A program made the translations under genes and the position numbers. From NCBI GenBank assembly GCA_030037695.1, contig JASHQF010000040.1:1-41696 (forward strand): a stretch of DNA of 41,696 nucleotides, read 5' to 3'. The notes under the pieces were generated by a model that was not told where the DNA came from, searched no databases, and saw only the letters and a list, made by a program, of their open reading frames with translations. This DNA comes from Thermoplasmata archaeon. Lineage in GTDB: Archaea > Thermoplasmatota > Thermoplasmata > Lutacidiplasmatales > UBA184. Positions 38,009 through 41,696 of this stretch are shown here, one piece after another (the first letter of the stretch is position 1; each line of letters opens with the position of its first letter).

Positions 38009-38110
38009 CGAACCCCCTCCCACCCGAGCCGGCAGGTAAGCGATTCGGTCCGCCGCCTCGCCCGAGACGGCCCGGGCGAACGGGTTTATCCCCGACGCCG
38101 CTCCGGCATC

Positions 38111-39667
38111 GTGGCCCGCCGCGCCGTCCCGGCCCCGGCCGTCCGGGTCCGCTCCTCCGCCGCACCCAGTACGATCGGCGTGATCGATCTCGGGTCGAAC
38201 ACCGCGCGGTGCGTCGTCTTCGAGACGTCACGGGCGCGCACCGTCCGGGCGGTCTTCGAGACGAAGGAGGCGCCCCGGCTCGGTCTGGACACACGCTCCG
38301 ACGGCGCCCTCGCGCCGGCCGCGGTCGCCCGAGGGCTGAGCGCGATGCGGAAGTTCTCCCGCACCTTGCGCGTGCTCGGCGTCCCCCGCACGATCGGGGT
38401 CGCGACGAGCGCCGTGCGGGACGCGCCGAACGGGCCCGCCTTCGTCCGTCGCGTGGCTACGGCGACCGGGGTCTCGCTCCGGATCCTGTCCGGGGCGGAG
38501 GAGGCGCGGTACGCCTACCTCGGGGTCGCCGGATGGAGCGAGCTCGGGGACGACCTCGTCTGCGATCTCGGCGGAGGCTCGCTCCAGCTGATCGCCATAC
38601 GCCACCGGGTCGCCGACGGCTCGGTCAGCCTGCCGCTCGGATCGCTGCGGCTCTCCCGGCGGTTCCTCGATCACGACCCGCCGAAGCGACGGGAGCTCGA
38701 TCGGCTGCGAGCGCACGTACGTCGCACCGTCCGCGACGCCGTCGAGGCCCTCGGAGGCCGGGCGGACCGGTTGTTCGGCGTCGGCGGGACGGTGCGGGCG
38801 CTCGCGCGGGCCTCGATCGAGCTGCGGGGGTTCCCGGTGCGGCGGGTCCACGGCTACCGGCTCTACGGCCACGACCTCGAGGCCCTCGACGAGCTCCTCG
38901 GCCCGATGCCGGCGGCGAAGCGCCGCTCGGTCCCGGGGATCGGGGGGGACCGGGCCGACGTCGTCCTCGCCGGCCTCGTGGTGCTCGAGGAACTCATGCG
39001 GGCGGTCGGCACCGACGCTACCGTCGTCTCGGGGGCCGGTATCCGCGAGGGGATCGCCCTCGAGGCGATCGGGGCCTCCCTGCCGGCCGCGGCGGAGGAG
39101 CTCGTCGAGCGGTCGGTGACCGCCGCGGCCGAGGCGCTCTCGTTCCGTCGGGACCACGGCCGGACCGTCGCGGAGGCGGCCCTGGCGCTGTTCGACCTCT
39201 TGCGGCCGCAGCACGGATGGGGCCGCAGCGAGCGGCTCGCCCTACGGGCGGCCGGAGGGATGCACGATGCCGGGATCGCGGTCGACCTGTGGAACCACGC
39301 GCAACACTCGTCGTACCTGCTCCAGAACTACCCGGTCGCCGGGCTCGATCCGCGCGAGGTCGTGCTCGCCGCCATGGCCGCGTACCTCCACGAGGGCGGC
39401 GAACCCCCGTCGGACTGGAAGCGCCGGTACCTCCCCGTCCTCGTACCCGCGGACCTCGAGGTCGCCGTCCAGCTCGGGGCGATCCTCCAGCTCGCCGAGC
39501 TGGTCGGCGGGGCCCGTCCGCGGTTCCGGCTCCGGCGGGGGGGTCGCACGCTGTCGGTGGGCTTTTCTGCGGGGTCGGGCTCGGCGCCGTCCTCGCGATG
39601 GCTGGAGAAGGCGCGCAAGCCGATGGAGCGGGTCTTCGACCTCGAGGTGGTCCCGCGTGAACGCTGA
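38111..39667 (+). CDS. ppx: Ppx/GppA exopolyphosphatase with C-terminal HD-like domain
   Basis: IDLGSNT, ATSAVRDA.N, EEARY, DLGGGS, GVGGT, GIREG and MHDAG motifs; GTG at 38111 with TTTATC upstream. Confidence 0.93.
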   Translation: MARRAVPAPAVRVRSSAAPSTIGVIDLGSNTARCVVFETSRARTVRAVFETKEAPRLGLDTRSDGALAPAAVARGLSAMRKFSRTLRVLGVPRTIGVATSAVRDAPNGPAFVRRVATATGVSLRILSGAEEARYAYLGVAGWSELGDDLVCDLGGGSLQLIAIRHRVADGSVSLPLGSLRLSRRFLDHDPPKRRELDRLRAHVRRTVRDAVEALGGRADRLFGVGGTVRALARASIELRGFPVRRVHGYRLYGHDLEALDELLGPMPAAKRRSVPGIGGDRADVVLAGLVVLEELMRAVGTDATVVSGAGIREGIALEAIGASLPAAAEELVERSVTAAAEALSFRRDHGRTVAEAALALFDLLRPQHGWGRSERLALRAAGGMHDAGIAVDLWNHAQHSSYLLQNYPVAGLDPREVVLAAMAAYLHEGGEPPSDWKRRYLPVLVPADLEVAVQLGAILQLAELVGGARPRFRLRRGGRTLSVGFSAGSGSAPSSRWLEKARKPMERVFDLEVVPRER

Positions 39668-40358
39668 GCGCCCGAGCCCGTTCCACGGCTACCCCGGCCG
39701 GCTCCTCGTCTTCGAGGGGCTGGACGGCAGCGGTAAGTCGACGCAGGCGGCGCTGCTCGGCAAGTGGCTCTCCGCGCAGGGCTACCGGGTCTTCTTCACG
39801 GAGTGGAACTCCTCCGACCTCGTCTCGAGCGTGATCCGGCGTGGGAAGAAGAAGGGCCTCCTGACCCCCACGACCTTCAGCCTCCTCCACGCCACCGACT
39901 TCGCCGACCGGTTCGAGCGGAAGATCCTGCCGCCGCTCCGAGCGGGGTACCTCGTCGTCTGCGATCGGTACGCCCACACCGCGTTCGTCCGGGACGCCGC
40001 GCGAGGGTGCGATCCGGACTGGGTGCGCACGATCTACTCGTTCGCTCCGCGGCCCGACCGCGCGTTCTACTTCCGGGTCCCGGTCTCGGTGACGCTCCGC
40101 CGCAAGCTCGCTTCCCGCCTCAAGATCAACTACTACGAGGCCGGCATGGACCTCGGCCTCGCCGACTCCGTCGAGGAGAGCTACGAACGGTTCCAGAGCC
40201 GGCTCAAGCGCGAGTACGACCGGATCGCCGAGGTCGACCGGTTCGCGGTCGTCGATGCCATCCGGCCGGTCGAGGCGGTCCAGGCGGAGCTCCGCGCGAA
40301 CCTCCAACCGCTGCTCGCGAACTTCCCCACCGGGGCGGACCTGATGCATGACGGCTAG
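39657..40358 (+). CDS. thymidylate-kinase-fold protein 1 (intact P-loop); candidate catalytic polyphosphate kinase subunit
   Basis: FEGLDGSGKSTQ, CDRY and PRPD motifs; GTG at 39657 overlaps the ppx end. Confidence 0.85.
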   Translation: MNAERPSPFHGYPGRLLVFEGLDGSGKSTQAALLGKWLSAQGYRVFFTEWNSSDLVSSVIRRGKKKGLLTPTTFSLLHATDFADRFERKILPPLRAGYLVVCDRYAHTAFVRDAARGCDPDWVRTIYSFAPRPDRAFYFRVPVSVTLRRKLASRLKINYYEAGMDLGLADSVEESYERFQSRLKREYDRIAEVDRFAVVDAIRPVEAVQAELRANLQPLLANFPTGADLMHDG

Positions 40359-41109
40359 GACGTACGGTACCGGGCTGCCGGGGATGCCGCAGGGCACGCT
40401 CGGCGGCAAGCTGATCGTGATCGAGGGGGCCGACGGCTCCGGGCGGACCACCGAGGTCGCCCTCCTCAAGGACGCGCTCGAGGTCGAGGGCCACGCGGTC
40501 GTCGACACCGGTCTGCGTCGCTCCGACCTCGTCAGCGCGGAGATCGACCGGGCGAAGCAGGGGCACACGCTCGGGGCGACGACGATGGCGCTCCTCTACG
40601 CGGTCGACTTCGCCGACCAGCTCGAGAACAAGATGATCCCCGCGCTCGCGGCGGGGAGCACGGTCCTCGCGGACCGGTACATCTACACGCTGATGGCGCG
40701 GGCGATCGTCCGGGGCGCGTCCCGGGAGTACGCCCGGGAGCTGTACGGCTTCGCGCTGCAGCCGGATCTGGTCGTGTTCCTCGACGCCCGGCCCGAGATC
40801 CTGCTCCACCGCGCGATCGGCAAGTACGGGAGCCTCGACTTCTGGGAATCCGGCATGGACCTGTCGCTCTCCCGCGACCTGTTCGAGAGCTTCTTCCTCT
40901 ACCAGGCCCGGCTCTCGCGGGAGTTCGACTGGATGCGCGAGGAGTACGCCTTCCACCGCGTCGACGCGAACCGGGGACCCGAGCTCGTCCACGAGGAGGT
41001 GCGGCGGCTGGTCGCGCCCCTGTACGGGATGAAACCCCCGCCCCGGCCCGTCGGGCGGGAGCCGCGGCCTACGGGCGACCGCGCTCGTCGGCGAGCTGCT
41101 TCCTCGTAA
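40348..41109 (+). CDS. thymidylate-kinase-fold protein 2 (P-loop Lys replaced by Arg); candidate non-catalytic partner subunit
   Basis: IEGADGSGRTT, ADRY and QPDLVVFLD motifs; shares D.FAD..E.K..P.L.AG and E.GMDL.L with the upstream paralog. Confidence 0.85.
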   Translation: MTARTYGTGLPGMPQGTLGGKLIVIEGADGSGRTTEVALLKDALEVEGHAVVDTGLRRSDLVSAEIDRAKQGHTLGATTMALLYAVDFADQLENKMIPALAAGSTVLADRYIYTLMARAIVRGASREYARELYGFALQPDLVVFLDARPEILLHRAIGKYGSLDFWESGMDLSLSRDLFESFFLYQARLSREFDWMREEYAFHRVDANRGPELVHEEVRRLVAPLYGMKPPPRPVGREPRPTGDRARRRAASS

Positions 41110-41608
41110 GCAGCCAGACGAGCCGACCGGCGCCCGGCTTCACGCCGTCGGGGAACTCGAGGCACGCCGCCCCGCCCTTCGTGAAGTGGACGGCCGAGAT
41201 CCCGTCGCCCGCGATCGCCATGCCGACGAACTCCGCGAGCGTGGGCTCGTGGCCGACCAGCATCACCCCACCGCTCGGGGTCAGTCGACGCAGCCGCTCG
41301 AAGATCGGCTCGGGAAGTCCTCCGGGGGCGAGCTCGGGCCACGTCTCGAGCCGGGGCGTCGGGGCCAGGGTCTCGCGCACGATGCGGGCCGTGGCGAGGG
41401 CCCGCTCGGCCTCGCTCGTCGCCATCCGGCGCACCGGCGTCGCGACCCGGGCGAGACCTTTCGCGGCCCGCCGGGTCTGGCTCTGCCCCTTCGAGGTGAG
41501 GGGCCGTCGGTCGTCGTCGGGCCAGCGCACCGGGTCCCGGTCCTCCGCGGGGCCGTGCCGGACCAGGGTGACCCTCACGTTGCGAACCTTGCGGGCGGGG
41601 GCAGACAT
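41069..41608 (-). CDS. sixA: SixA-like phosphohistidine phosphatase
   Basis: LVRHGPA, RPLT.KG, RA..TA and LVGHEP motifs; CTTTAAG TATA box upstream near 41645-41651. Confidence 0.9.
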   Translation of the reverse strand: MSAPARKVRNVRVTLVRHGPAEDRDPVRWPDDDRRPLTSKGQSQTRRAAKGLARVATPVRRMATSEAERALATARIVRETLAPTPRLETWPELAPGGLPEPIFERLRRLTPSGGVMLVGHEPTLAEFVGMAIAGDGISAVHFTKGGAACLEFPDGVKPGAGRLVWLLTRKQLADERGRP

Positions 41609-41696
41609 CGAGGCTCCGAGGGGGGGTCCCGATGGACTTCTCCCCTTAAAGGGTGCTGTCCGTAGGAGTGCGTAATCTCCGTAGCGAGGCGACCGT

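Noticed and set aside
176..41665. Many long Arg/Pro/Gly-rich ORFs in the track (e.g. 176-2584 +, 10942-13716 -, 20371-22413 +, 28078-32085 -)
   Set aside because: They are antisense or alternate-frame shadows of recognisable genes, caused by stop-codon scarcity at very high GC, and show no motifs.

Overview
A gene-dense, very GC-rich archaeal chromosomal segment. Several features point to a high-GC Thermoplasmata lineage (inference): TATA-box promoters, rpl37e/Lsm/rps15, an A/V-type ATP synthase in F-A-B-D-H-I order, DNA gyrase and a single-OB SSB. Most long ORFs in the track are shadow frames of about 37 real genes. Contents: a partial ATP synthase operon whose atpA carries a 459-aa LAGLIDADG intein and an in-frame TGA 29 codons before its apparent true end, with an unannotated 43-aa membrane ORF between atpD and atpH; a DUF72 / inactive RadA-like / small helical protein / PolB2 cassette resembling a mutasome; a GNAT plus an EarP-like GT-B protein; an M29 peptidase homolog lacking its metal ligands; housekeeping genes (mpg, rpl37e, Lsm, folP, gyrA, DHH/RecJ, rps15, trpS, ssb, carAB); an orphan amino-methyltransferase; and a polyphosphate locus (CHAD, Ppx/GppA, two tandem thymidylate-kinase-like genes, SixA), where the kinase pair is a strong candidate for a non-canonical heteromeric polyphosphate kinase. 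No rRNA, tRNA, CRISPR array or transposase was seen. Family assignments come from motif recognition by eye, not from database searches.
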